Source: Leucoraja erinacea (lineage: Eukaryota). From it: DNA of 64,000 nucleotides. Positions 35,967-49,472 of this stretch are shown piece by piece. Under the pieces are notes generated by a model. That model made no database searches. It was not told the origin of the DNA and saw nothing but the letters and a program-made list of their open reading frames with translations. The first letter of the stretch is position 1. Each line of letters begins with the position of its first letter. Made by a program: the position numbers and the translations under genes. The stretch covers positions 29,388,001 to 29,452,000 of the forward strand of contig NC_073394.1 of the NCBI RefSeq assembly GCF_028641065.1, in the 5' to 3' direction.

Positions 35967-37876
35967 TTCTTATTTTCTGCTTATACTGCTTATTTAGAAG
36001 CAGCTACGGAAAGCACTACATCTTTGCAGAACTGTTCCTAGAAGGAATCCAACAACACACATCTTTATTTAATGCTGTTGTTTGTCCTCTATATCTCGGG
36101 CACAGATTTTGCTGTGTAAGTTTAAGAGAAGGAATTATTGAAAGCGCTCAGTATTAGCTGGACCATCAAATATATTGGTTTCCAAAAGGGTCTGATAACA
36201 TACAAACTCTAATCTATTTAAAGCTACCAAATGACACTACTCTGATCTGCACAATAAACCTGGGCTGACTTTGCCATTGTTACTGCTTTGGTTTAGGCCA
36301 AGAAACGACACTTGTGTTGGCCGATCTAATTCATGCAGATTCATCTCAGTTGCTGGAGGGAATGCAGTTCATCCAATACTGATAACAAATGGAGAACATT
36401 TTAACCTGTTTAGTTGGCCCATTTCCCTGTAGTAGGTTGTTAGATTTGGCCAGTCTACTACGACCATGCTTGCGGACTGTCGTATCCCCGGCATCACAGT
36501 AGTCTGGCAATCTGTTCTCCAATGGATTATTAGGATTTTAGAGAAATTTCATTACTTTTGTTGCCAAGCACCAGCTGGAGTAAACCCCTTTCTGTTCTGG
36601 ACTGGTGCAGAGTTGATACCAAGCCTGTAATTCTAATACAGCCAAATGCCTTTCCCTCCTCATGGTCACTGGCTAGCAAAAATTAGTAGTCAGGTCTCTT
36701 TTAATTCCCGCAGGTAACAGTGCACAGTTACGTGCATGACCAGCCTATAAAGAACCAGATTCATATGTTCACTACCCCAGTCATTGGAAGTACAGTTCCT
36801 TGCCTGCTCTACGATTTTAATTATGATTGCTCAGATCTCAGATTTTTGTGATGATAGACATACTGAGATATAGAGAGAAGAGTTATTTCCTGAGCAAATA
36901 AGGTCCCTTAGTAAGAGTTCTCCTTCCCCTTCTCCCCCACCTTCCCATTCTCGGAGCCATGCTGCATTGCACATTCCAACATGTTTTACAAAGATGTTTG
37001 CAGCTGGCAAGAAAATCTCCTCAGCACTTACCACACGACTCAATATAAAGATCTCTTCCCCTTGAAGCAGCAATGGGAAGCACCAGATCCTTGCAGAATT
37101 GTTCACAGAAGGAATCAAACAACAACACACCAACCAGTTCATGAATAACATCCTTATTTAATGCTGGTGTTTGTCCTCTCTATCCCAGCCACATGTTGCG
37201 TTTTGTGGGGTTAAGAGAGGGAATTACTGGGAGCGGTGAGCTCCAAAATGGCAACAAAGGCGTTAAATCAGATTATTTAAATGATGTCATAATTTGCCTG
37301 CCCTACAAATTTCAGAATGGTGTTCACTCTGCACATACTAAAGACTCTACCTTGCATATGCCTGCTCCCACGCTGTGCAATTTGCTTTGCAAATAAACAC
37401 ATGTGGTGTGGATGCCATTTGTAGCTACTACAATCTATCCATTCACTCGCAAAGTTTGTTTACAATGGTGGGGAGAATCAGTCAGCTTTCAAAGAAGGAG
37501 TTTTGAAGAAGATCAGCTATTGAAGAGGATGTAGAAAGGCATTAAGAATGGCAATAACATGTTCTCTGTTACTTCATGGGAAAACTGTGATTATCAGTCA
37601 AGAAAATAGCAGCGGGGAGGAGTCTAGGATCTCGATAAATGGTGAGTATGGTTTCTACCTTTGTGCACCTGAAATTAATTTCCAAATGTAGTGCATTCAG
37701 ATCAAGCGGCACAAAATAATTTACAAAGCCCATTCCTCCATTTATTATACAAAAAGCCAAGAGAAAAATTATCTTAAGAACTCGTCAAAAGGTTTTATAT
37801 TATGTCAAAGAGTTTAGTAACTCTACTGATCTCACTGACACTGCTAGAAATATTGCTTCAACTCTTCACACCTTTT

Positions 37877-39074
37877 CATAGAAACATAGAAAATAGGTGC
37901 AGGAGTAGGCCATTCGGCCCTACGAGCCAGCACCGTCATTCAATATGGTCATGGCTGATCATCCATAAGCAGTACACTGTTCCTGCTTTCTCTCCATATC
38001 CTTGAGTCCGTTATCCCTAAGAAATATCTCTAACTCTCTCTTGAATATATCCAGTGAATTGGTCTCCACTGCCTTCTGTGACAGAGAATTCCACAGATTC
38101 ACAACTCTCTGGGTGAAAAAGGTTTTCCTCATCTCAGTCTTAAATGGCCGACCCCTTAATCTTAAACTGTGACCCTTCGTTCAGGACTCCCCGAACATCA
38201 GGAACATTTTTCCTGCATTTAGACTGTCCAATCCCTTAAACATTTTATATGTTCTCATCCTTCTAAATTCCAGTGAATATAAGCCCAGTCGACCCATTCT
38301 TTCATCATGCGTCAGTCCCGCCATCCCGGGAATTATCCTGGTGAACACATGCTGCACTCCCTCAATTGCAAGAATATCCTTCCTCAAATTAGGAGACTAA
38401 AACTGCACACAATAGTCCAGGGGCAGTCTCACTAGGGCCCTATACAACTGTGGTAGAACCTCCTTGCTCCTATACTCAAATCCTCTCGTAATGAAGGCCA
38501 ACATGCCATTAGCCATTGCACTACCTGCTGTACCTGCATGTTTACTTTCAATGACTGATGTACAAAGTCACCTAGGACTCTTGGAACCTCCCCTTTTCCA
38601 AATCTGACACCATTCAGATAATAATCTGCCTTCTTGTTCTTGCTACCAAAGCGGATAACTTCACATTTATCCACATGATACTGTATCTGCCATGCATCTG
38701 CCCACTCACCCAACCTATCCAAGTCACCCTGCAACCTCGTAGTATCGTCCTCGCAGCTCACATTGCCACCCAGCTTTGTGTCATCCGCAAACTTGGGGAT
38801 GTTACATTTATTTCCTTTAACTAGCCAATTCCCATCTCATACTATCAAAGTTACCTTTCTTTAAGTTCAGGACCCTTATCTCTGAATTAACTGTATCACT
38901 CTCCATCTTAATGCAGAATTCTACCATATTATGGTCACTCTTGTCCAAGGGGCTTTGCACAACAAGATTGCTAACTAATCCTTCCTCATTACACAATACC
39001 CAGTCTAGGATGACCTGCCCTCTAGTTGGTTCCTCGACATATTGGCTTAGAAAACCATCTCGTATACACTCCTT
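37877..39074 (-). mobile_element. CR1 LINE with internal deletion
   Basis: Endonuclease-end motif QYVEEPTRGQVILDWVLCN..SDHNMVEF (38817-39077) joined directly to the FADD region. Confidence 0.92.
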
Positions 39075-39864
39075 CATTACTGGTCAAATAATGTAGTACG
39101 TTATGTGGCTGCAACACTTTAAAGCCATTAGTAGCACAACATGTTCTGCTCCCAGTCAGGAAACCGTCATTTTAAATACTCAAACTCGCCCTTAAGGTGG
39201 AAGAGAGACTGAATCGGAAAACAAGAAGGTTCACATTGGATTGGATGCAAAGATGTGAATATATCCTAAGATAGACAAATGCTGGAGTAACTCAGCAGAT
39301 CAGACAGCACACTGGGGAAAATTAATAGGTGGCGTTTCAGGTCAAGACCCTTCTTCAAACTCAATATATACTGATGGCAAATGAAGGCCAAAATTGATCC
39401 CAGTTTCACTCCTAGCCTTTTACCATATTTTCATTTGTGCTTTTAGGCTCTCCTTATTTCCTTTATCACGTTTCAAACATGAAACAATTTTTTTTTCAGA
39501 ATTCGGAGGTACTTTTTCCAACATTTTCTCAGGTTTCTAACATTAGCTTTTTATTAATACATCTCAACATTAGAATACATTCAACAACAAAAAAAGCATT
39601 TTATCCTCGATCAATTTACCAGCAGTTTGATTACATTTTGTGTATCATTCTACAAAAAGTGAAGAATTGATTGCATTTTGTGAGAGTGTAGATTACATAT
39701 TTGAGGATATGCTTCGACAATCAGTTCCATGTTACATTGAATGGAAAGTGGTTAGGTCCATTGTACTGAACTACAATGAGTATGAATAGATAGGGATTTG
39801 AGCCATTGAAACTCTATACTATGGGTATGAAGAGAAAGAGGAGAAAACTATTAGAATTCCAATA

Positions 39865-40830
39865 TAATGCCTCCTCTGGCAGCTTGTTTCATTCACCCAC
39901 CACCATTTGTATGATAAAAATCATATTAAATCCTTTCCCCTTCACCATAAACCTATGTCCTCTGGTCCTCGATTCACCTACTCTAAGCAAGAGACTCTGT
40001 GCATCTACCTGCTCGATTCCCCTCATGTTTTTATACACCTCTATAAGATCACCCCTCATTCTCCTGTGATCCAAGGAATAGAGACCCAAACTACTCAACC
40101 TCTCCCTATAGCTCACACCCTCTAGACCAGGCAACACCCTCGTAAATCTTCTCTGTACCCATTCCAGCTTGACAACATCTTTTCTATAACATGGTGCCCA
40201 GAACGGAACACAATACTCTGAATGTGACCTCACCAACGTCTTATACAGCTGCAACATGACTTCCCAACATTTATACTCAATACTCTGACTGATGAAGGCC
40301 AATGTGCCAAATGCCTTTTTGACCACCCTATCTACCTGCGACTCCTCCTTCAATGAACCATGCACCTGCACTCCTAGATCCCTCTGCTCTGCAACATTCC
40401 CTAGAGCCCTACCATTCACTGTGTAGGTCCTGCCCATGTTAGGCTCCCCAAAATACAACACCTCACATTTATTTGTATTAAATTCCATCAACCATTCCTC
40501 ACCCCACCTGGCCAAATCGATCAATATCTTGCTGCAATTTTTCACAATAATCATCACTATCTGCAAAACCACCCACTTTTGTATCATCGGCAAACTTGCT
40601 AATCTTGCCATGTATGTTCTCATCCAAATCATTGATATAGATGACAAACAATAATGGGCCCAGCATCGAACAGTGAGGCACACCACTAATCACAGGCCTC
40701 CTGTCTGAGAAGCAACCTTCTACCATCACCCTCTGCTTCCTTCCATGAAGCCAATTTTCTATCCATCCAGCTATCTCTACTTGGATCCCATGTAATCTAA
40801 CTTTCCAGAGCAGCCTACCATGAAGAACCG
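39865..40830 (-). mobile_element. CR1 LINE fragment of a second subfamily
   Basis: LGPLLFVIYINDLD..SKFADDTKVGG; HSEYCVPFWAPCYRKD. Confidence 0.92.
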
Positions 40831-41365
40831 TGTCAGATTTTGGGAAAGGAATATGAAAAATACAAGTAACTCAATGGGTCGGGCAGCATCTCTGAAGAAC
40901 ATAGATAGGTGACGTTTTGGGTTGGGACCCTTCTTCAGTCTGATTGTTGGAAGGGGAGGAAGAAAGCTCGGTGAGAGAAGAGGCAGGATGAAGTGTGGCA
41001 GGTAATAGGTGGAGACAGGCGAGGGGGGTTTTGATAGGCAGGTGTTTGGAACAAAGGTAATTGGGGAAAAAGCAATTTTATTCCTCATGATAATTAGGGT
41101 CTGCTTTTTTTTCTGTTACGTGTTCACTTTCGCTAAATGCCAACAGTAAAACTTTAAAAATCATTTTAAAATGTATTTGCTGGTGTTGACATTCAAAAGG
41201 AGACCAATGCTCCAGATATCACGTATATGTAGTTGGTTGGCTTACCTGCTCGTTTCTGTGCATAATCACTTCATTGATAAGCTGGGGAGAAAAAAAATAG
41301 CACTTCAACAAAAGCAAACTAAGTTTTTTTTAGTTTGGAATTGGTATTGTTGATAGTCTTCTTAA

Positions 41366-41669
41366 TTTAGACTGTAGAGATACAATGTAGAAACAGACCC
41401 TTCGGCCCACTGAGTCTACACTGACCAGCGATCCCCGTACACTAGCACTATCCTACACACTAGGGATAATTTACAATTCACAGATGACAATTAACCTACA
41501 AACCTGTACGTCTTTGGAGTGTGGGAGGAAACCGGAGCACTCGGATAAAATCCACGCAGTCACAGGGAGAAAGTACAGGCTGCATACAGACCGTGCCCGT
41601 AGGCATTATCAAACCTGGGTCGCTGGCGCTGTAAGGCAGCAACTCTACCGCTGCGCCACTGTGCCGCCC
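41366..41669 (-). mobile_element. Full-length HE1-like V-SINE
   Basis: Reverse head GGGCGGCACAGTGGCGCAGCGG, V-domain and tail. Confidence 0.9.
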
Positions 41670-42271
41670 TTCCCCAGTTGTTATTCTTATGGAACATTAC
41701 TGTACATTATTATATTGTTCATTATGTTCCAGAATGGACTGTGTGATTCACCCAGTGAAAGAACTTTCATGGCTGTAACACATTCAGTCGTCCTGACGTT
41801 ATGAAATGTGCTGAATCACCGTGTCCTTTTCTCATTGACGTTACACCAGATACAACATGCCTTTAACAAAGTGAAACATTTCAATATGCTTGGTATGATT
41901 GTTAATCAAATATAATTTATCACTGAGCCAGATAAGGAGACATTAGACTAGATGCCCAAAACTTGGGTCGAGGAAAGAGGTTTGGGGGAATATGCCAAAA
42001 ATACTGAAGGGTAGAGAGGCGGAGAGATTTAGATATTTGGGAGGATACTCCCAAGGTTTGGCACCTTGTCATCTAAAGACTATCCACCACAGGGAATGAC
42101 AAAAAATTAGAAGGTCAGAGATGGAGGACAGTAAAGGCTACAGAAATGTATGTGGCCGGAGGAAACTTAGAGCTAGGAAAGTGTAAGACCTTAAGGAGAG
42201 TTGATAATAAGGTGATAAATTATAAAAATATTTTTTTGCTAGATCAAGAAGTACATTGATGAAAAAGTTCA

Positions 42272-42562
42272 GACTTTACAGATGCAGTGCGGAAACAGGC
42301 TCTTCGGCTCACTATTTTCATGCCAACAAGCAATGACCCCGTACACTAACCTGCACATACTGGGAACAATTTTACAACTTACCAAAACCAATTAATCAAC
42401 AAACCTGCACATCTTTGTGGGGTGAATCCGGAGCACCCAGAGAAAACCCATGTGGTCACAGGGAGTACGTACAAACTCTGTACATACAGCACCCCTAGTC
42501 AGGATTGAACCTGGGTATCTGGAGTTGAGGGGCAACAACTCTACCGCTGTGCGACCGTGCCC
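42272..42562 (-). mobile_element. HE1-like V-SINE
   Basis: Same motifs as the other copies. Confidence 0.85.
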
Positions 42563-42564
42563 CT

Positions 42565-43030
42565 TGTTGTACGAGAATTTTCCCGAACTGTCTGTGATCC
42601 ATAGCGCTGCGGCCGGTAGCTCTTTGTTTAAAAATTCCCACCTTAAATTCCCACCTCCCACCAATTATCTTTAGCGTGCCAAGTCTGTAGCGCTGTGTAT
42701 TGCTTTACTTGCCAGTCTGCGGCTGATAGTGCTTTGTTCCCAAGGGGGGGGGGGGGTTGGGGTGGCCTGCTGGGATGCAGTCCCCTGCCATTAATTATAG
42801 TTTGAATTTGGGAGCAGCGCAGTTGGCCAGGTCTTACCAGCGGTTATTTCAACAGTTGATTTCTTACCGGTGTAAAGGCAGGCGCCAGTAAGCCAGAAGT
42901 AAGTTCAAGTTCATGTACGGGAGGGGTTCACCGATGTGTTGAGTCGCGATCAGCGCCACGGACGGAGGCAGAGAGAGAGAGAGAGGTGTGCTGCTGTAAA
43001 ACGGACCCCGCGTGCAGCAAGACAAGTATC
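42565..43030. promoter_or_regulatory. CpG-enriched non-repeat segment, candidate distal regulatory element with an RE1/NRSE-like site
   Basis: Raised CpG density without a recognisable repeat; ATCAGCGCCACGGACGGAGGC at 42949-42969. Confidence 0.35.
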
Positions 43031-43159
43031 ATTTTTGTCCCCCATTCACAATAAAACTGATTTGTAACTAAACAGACTAGTGAGCCTTTCTCTGTTCTAC
43101 TAGTCAGATCCTTGAACCTGTTCCCTTGTAGCACCTCCCCAGTTGTGGAATTATTTGAC

Positions 43160-43480
43160 TAGTAACTCTAGACTAACAATCCACAAAACCTCCACTTCAA
43201 ATCACGCCATGGAATCTAAATTCAGTAAATAATTTAGAATTGAAAAATGAAACTAATTACCAGAAACCACAGGGATATTTGAAAAATCCATCTAGTTCAG
43301 TAATGTCCTGCAGAGGAGGAAATCTGCCATCCTTACCTTGGATGACCTAAATCTGATTTCAGCACTAGCATTGCAGTTGACTCTTAAATTCATCAGCAAA
43401 CTGCTCAGTTCAAGGGCAATTAAGGATAGGCAATAAATTGTGTCTTTGCCAAGAGCACCCAAGTCTCAAGAAAATGAATC
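43160..43480 (+). mobile_element. Ancient tRNA-derived SINE (LF-SINE-like)
   Basis: GTTCAGTAATGTCCTGCAGAGGAGGAAATCTGCCATCCTTACC..GTTGACTCTTAA..GGGCAATTAAGGATAGGCAATAAAT. Confidence 0.6.
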
Positions 43481-44332
43481 AGAAGGATAGATAAATGGGT
43501 TATTGCTGGGGAAATGTGGCAGAATGTTGGATGAATAACTAATGGCAGAATGAGATAATATAGAATAATGTTGACACATGCCTCCTAAAGTTATTCACCT
43601 TAGAACACAGCTTTGACACTGTCGTTAGGCTTGGAGACTAGACCTTCAGATTCACTTTTCCTCCTGGCATTCAAAGGGTCTCTCCAGGGATCAGGGGTCA
43701 ACAACAACTCACCCCCATCAAGGTGAGATACCTCCCTGGTAGTTTACTTCTCCCTTTCCCGCGGCTGAGGTCTCCCCCACACACAGTCTGGGACTTGCTC
43801 AATATCCTATCCACCACGATGGAGGTCAAGCCACCTGGCCAGGTGAACGTCAGCTGGGGAAGTACCAAGGTTTTGGGTTGTGACATCAGTGTCACACAGT
43901 GGCGCAGCTGGTAGAGTCACTGCCTCACAGCGCCAGAGACCTGAGTTCGATCATGACCTCGGGTGCTGTCTGTGTGAAGTTTGCACAGTCTCTCTGGGAC
44001 CACCTGAGTGCTCCGGTTTTGTCCCACATCCCAAAGATGTGAATGTTTGTAGAATGCTAGGAATACTCAGTATGCCAGGCTGCATCTAAGGGGAAGAGAA
44101 ATAAAGGATTTGACCTGCAGTTACCAAAGAAGTAATTATCTGGCTCAGTGATCAATAAGACAGGTACTGGAAAAACAGAATACTGTCGGCATTTTAGTTT
44201 AATGTCTATTGTTGGTAATATGTTGGAGTTTATAATTAAGAAAAATTGCCCACCATTTAGAAACGTTTAATGTAGCTTAAACATGTCAAAATGATTTGAT
44301 GTAAAATAATCATGTTTGACAAATTTGCTGGA

Positions 44333-45431
44333 GCAAAGAGTAGGAGTAAACGGGTCCTGCAAAGAGTAGGAGTAAACGGGTCCTTTTCACAATGGCAGGC
44401 AGTGACTAGTGGGGTACCGCAAGGCTCAGTGCTGGGACCCCAGCTATTTACAATATATATTAATGATCTGGATGAGGGAATTGAAGGCAATATCTCCAAG
44501 TTTGCGGATGACACTAAGCTGGGGGGCAGTGTTAGCTGTGAGGAGGATGCTAGGAGACTGCAAGGTGACTTGGATAGGCTGGGTGAGTGGGCAAATGTTT
44601 GGCAGATGCAGTATAATGTGGATAAATGTGAGGTTATCCATTTTGGTGGCAAAAACAGGAAAGCAGACTATTATCTCAATGGTGGCCGACTAGGAAAAGG
44701 GGAGATGCAGCGAGACCTGGGTGTCATGGTACACCAGTCATTGAAAGTAGGCATGCAGGTGCAGCAGGCAGTGAAGAAAGCAAATGGTATGTTAGCTTTC
44801 ATAGCAAAAGGATTTGAGTATAGGAGCAGGGAGGTTCTACTGCAGTTGTACAGGGTCTTGGTGAGACCACACCTGGAGTATTGTGTACAGTTTTGGTCTC
44901 CAAACCTGAGGAAGGACATTATTGCCATAGAGGGAATGCAGAGAAGGTTTACTAGACTGATTCTGGGATGCCAGGACTGTCTTATGAGGAAAGACTGGAT
45001 AAACTTGGTTTATACTCTCTAGAATTTAGGAGATTGAGAGGGGATCTTATAGAAACCTACAAAATTCTTAAGGGGTTGAACAGGCTAGATGCAGGAAGAT
45101 TGTTCCCGACGTTGGGGAAGTCCAGGACAAGGGGTCACAGCTTAAGGATAAGGGGGAAATCCTTTAAAACCGAGATGAGAATAACTTTTTTCACACAGAG
45201 AGTGGTGAATCTCTGGAACTCTCTGCCGCAGAGGGTAGTTGAGGCCAGTTCATTGGCAATATTTAAGAGGGAGTTGGATGTGGCCCTTGTGGCTAAGGGG
45301 ATCAGGGGGTATGGAGAGAAGGCAGGTACGGGATACTGAGTTGGATGATCAGCCATGGTCATATTGAATGGCGGTGCAGGCTCGAAGGGCCGAATGGCCT
45401 ACTCCTGCACCTAATTTCTATGTTTCTATGT
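44333..45431 (+). mobile_element. Young 5'-truncated CR1 LINE nested in an older CR1 (about 44150-46025)
   Basis: Long RT ORF with PQGSVLGP and FADD plus 3' UTR and tail; the older RT motifs CLTNLLE and DFQKVFDK flank it. Confidence 0.97.
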
Positions 45432-46544
45432 AATGAGCAAAACTGATACTGGGTGGATATCTGTACATTTAAATATTTTGACTTCCAGAAAGTATTTGAC
45501 AAGGGCCGCCAAAACGCACAGTGTTGGGGAAAGTGTGTAGCGTAAATTGAAGACGGGTTGTCACAGTCACTGTCAAATGGCGATGAGGAGGAATTTCTTT
45601 AGCCAGAGTGTGGTGAATCTGTGTAATCCATTGCCACAGATGGCTGTGGAGGCCAAAACAGTGGGCATTTTTTATAGTGGAGATCTTAGGTTCTTGATTA
45701 GGAAGGGGATCAAAGATTATTAGGAGACGGCAGGAGAATGGGGTTGGGAGGGAAATGTACATCAGCTATGATTGATCAGTGGAGTAGACTCAATAGGCTT
45801 AAATGGCCTAATTCTGTTCCAATGCCTTATGGACTTATGGTCTTAGCAGATACAGAATTCGAAGATGTGGGTATTTTTCAGACTGGAAGCTGCAAGTACT
45901 GGAGTGCTTCAAGGCACAGTTATCGGTCCTCAATTATTTACCATTTATATTAATGATCTGGAGGAGGGAGCACACTGTGAAGTATCCAAGTTTGTGAAAG
46001 ACATTAAATCGACTGGAAGGGCTTTTTTAGTTTTTAATTTAGTTTAGAAACACAGCTGGGAAACAGGCCCTTCAGCCCACTTGATCCTGACCTTGGGTGT
46101 TGTCTTATGGAGTTTGCATGTTCTTCCTGTGACCGCATGGGTTTCCTTCAGATGTTCTGGATTCCACCCGCATCCCAAATATGTGTGGGTTTGTAGGTAA
46201 ATTGGGCCCCTATAAATTCCCCATGTGTGTGGGAAGTGGATGAGAAAGTGGGATAACATAGAACTAGTGTACAGGCGATCGTTTGTTGGCGTGGATTCTG
46301 TGGGCTGAAGAGCCTGTTTCGATGCTGTATCTCTAAACTAAACTAAAATCAAAGTAAAAATCAATGGAAGGCAAGATCGAGTAACTGTCATAACAGGATC
46401 AGGCATTAAATTCATGTAGACAAAAATGCTGGAGAAACTCAGCGGGTGAGGCAGCATCTATGGAGTGAAGGAAATAGGCAATGTTTTGGGTCGAAACCCT
46501 TCTAAATTCACGTGCTTAATTTATAGCAGCTAAATTAGGCGATT

Positions 46545-46980
46545 TGGCCCATCAAGTGTATCCAGCTATTCAATCATGGAGGGTTCATCTTTCCCTCTCA
46601 ACCTCATTCTCCTACCTTCTCCCCGTAACCCCTGACAACCTTACGAATCAAGAATCTGTCAATCTGTGCTTTAAAAATACCCAATGACTTGGCCTCCACA
46701 GCCTTCTGTTGCAATGAATTGGACAGATTCACCACCCTCTGACTAAAGCCATTCCTCCTCATCTCCTTTCTAAAGGTACGTACTTTTATTCTAAGGCTAT
46801 GGCCTCTGATCCTAGACATTCCCGCTTGTGGAAACATCCTCTACACATCCACACTATCCAGGCCTTTCACTATTCAGTAAGTTTCTATGAGGTTCCCCGC
46901 ATCCTTTTAAACTCCAGCGAGAAGAGGCCCAGTGCCGTCAAAATCTCATCATATGTTAACCCAATCATTCCTGGGATCAG
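46545..46980 (-). mobile_element. CR1 3' end remnant
   Basis: FSQRVVNLSNSLQQKAVEAKSLGIFK; LGLFSLEFKRMRG. Confidence 0.85.
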
Positions 46981-48109
46981 CTCCACGACATACTTGGCAG
47001 GTCTTTTTAGGATCTCTGGCGGGCATGGATGGGTGACCCATTCCGAAGAAGGGTCCCGGCTCAAAATGTCACCCATCCATGTCCTCCAGAGATGCTGCCT
47101 GGCGCATGAGTTACCCCAGCACTTTGAGTCAAAATTGTATCTGTGATACCAAGCCCCATCCATACATCATCTGTTTCAACCCATCGCCATCAATTACCCA
47201 TAACAGCACACGTTTACACTAGAAACAGAAGTGGAACGTGCTGGAAATGCTCAGCAAGTCAAGCAGCATCTGTGGTAAGAAAAGCCTATGCCAGATCTCC
47301 ATTTTATATTTTTGTTTCAGATTTCCAGCATCTGCAGAATTTACAGGCACATCAGCTCAAGGTGGGGTGAAGCACAAAATCAATTCTTATCTCACAAAAT
47401 CGTTTATTTTCAATAATTGAGAGCCAGATTGGAATATACCGAGACATAAGGAATTATTGTCCTAAAACCTTTAAAATATAAAACAAATATCGCAACCATA
47501 TCCTTTGCTCATCCATGTAAAAGTCATGTTGGCAAGAGTAGGATAAAACTCATTAGATTAGCACAAGGGGGTAGAAACTTTAGTGGAGAGAGGTTCTGTA
47601 ATGCGATGATTCCAACAGAGTTGCCCAACGGTGTCCTGTGGTGATAAACACAATAGTGCGACTACATTTGGAAATATGACTCGGGTTGTTGTGCTTGAGC
47701 GGAAAATGTTGCAAGAATCCATGAAATTGTGGTTACTGGTCACAGTGAAGAGAAGATTTAAACTGTTCTGCCCCACTACGCTTTAGTTATCAGCTATTCA
47801 ATTCAGTGCTTTGGCATTCCGATGCTATTGTGGCATCTCTACACAAGGTGAACAAGGATAAAAGCACATCATTCTAAGATTTTAGTATATCTGCCCAAAA
47901 TGCTGTTGGCCAAACCCACCCTGGAACCCCTTTATAAATGCAAAGGAAAGTGAATCTCCTCTCATTATACTATGTGCTTTGTGATAAATTAAATTAAAAA
48001 ATTGGAAGCAGATCAAATAAATATTTAACATCTTAAATCTGATTAGGGGTGTATCAAATGTTTCCATCTTATGCCTTCTGGTCGGAGACAGAGCAGTTGG
48101 CTTTACCTT

Positions 48110-48837
48110 AGTTTTGTTAAGTTTAGAGATACAGCATGGAAACAGGCCATTCAGTCCACTGAGTCCGCGTTGACCATCGATCACGAGTCCGCGCTGACCA
48201 TCGATCACCCCGTACTCTAGCAATTTACAATTTTTACCAAAGCCAATTAACCTACAAACCTGGGAGGAAACCGGAGATCCCGGAGAAAACCCACGTGGTC
48301 ACATGGAGAATGTACAAACTCTGTACAGACAGCACCCGTAGTCAGGATTGAACCCAGCTCTCTGGCGCTGTAAGGCAGCAACTTTACCACTGCGTCACTG
48401 TGCCATCCATAAGGCAGCAACTCTGTGCCACCGTGCAGCCCTTTATCTCCTTCATCTGTTCCGCTCTGTCCCAGGCAGCCTATCTTGCCTGGAGCCAAAG
48501 GTAAGCAAATGGAAATAGTGAAACTTACAATCACAAAAAAAATGTAGACTGAGATTTATAATGCCAACATCTACCTGTGGAAGGCTGCACTTTGTGGTGG
48601 TGGACAGATTAAAGAACATTCTGTAACACTTACATTACATGCGCAGATGACAAAGATTACATGCCTTATAATAGTGGTATTTTGGGAAGTTATCTCTCCT
48701 GCTATCTCTCCAACCTTAACTCTGAAAAATAGTGACTGATTACATGAAACATGAATAAAAGTGCTGTAAGTTTATAGCTAAGTTTGGCATGCACTTTCAA
48801 AATAGGTAAGTTGTTATAAGCAAAACACAAAATGCTG
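48110..48837. repeat. Inverted duplication arm 1 (V-SINE with doubled head plus about 400 bp unique flank); partner at 58451-59178
   Basis: Reverse-complement alignment by eye; 99-nt core with 1 mismatch. Confidence 0.9.
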
Positions 48838-48958
48838 TTTTGGCATGTTTTGAAACCGGAGCACATGGAGAAAACCCACGCAGACACAGGGATTATGTAC
48901 AAACTCTGTACAGATTACATTCATAGTCAGGATTGATCCCGGGTCTCTGACGCTGTAA

Positions 48959-49184
48959 TGCCCCTGTCCCACTTAGAAAACCTGAACAGAAACCTCTGGA
49001 GACTTTGAGCCCCACCCGACGTTTCCGTGCGGTTCCCGGAGGTTTTTGTCAGTCTCCCTACCTGCTTCCACTACCTGCAACCTCCAGCAACCACCTGCAA
49101 CCTCCGGGAACCGCACGGAAACCTTGGGTGGGGCGCAAAGTCTCCAGAGGTTTCCGTTCAGGTTACTTAAGTGGGGCAGGGGCA
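48959..49184. mobile_element. Palindromic PIF/Harbinger-type MITE (226 bp) inserted in a V-SINE
   Basis: TIRs TGCCCCTGTCCCACTTA...TAAGTGGGGCAGGGGCA; flanks TAA and TTA; splits the SINE motif GCTGTAAGGCAGC. Confidence 0.85.
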
Positions 49185-49472
49185 TTAGGCAGCAACGCTA
49201 CCGATGTGCCACCGTGCCGCCCACGTTCTCTTCCAATATCTGCCCCTCCACTATTTATTTCCAGGAGCGGCACTTTCACAGGTAAGTTGCTACACAAGCT
49301 GTCCCCACTTTACTTCAGGGTTCCGTTCATGAGAACAGTCCATTAGTTGATTTCTCAAATTTCTCAAATTTGTCGTAAAGTCATATTGTGTTGCTTTATC
49401 TACACTTGCCACAATTCTTTCATTTCAATGAATAATCAACCTAATGTTGCCCATAATTAAACTTATTCAAGA

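Noticed and set aside
39889-45022. 265-aa and 236-aa ORFs as host genes or active LINEs
   Set aside because: They are truncated, frameshifted CR1 reverse transcriptase fragments
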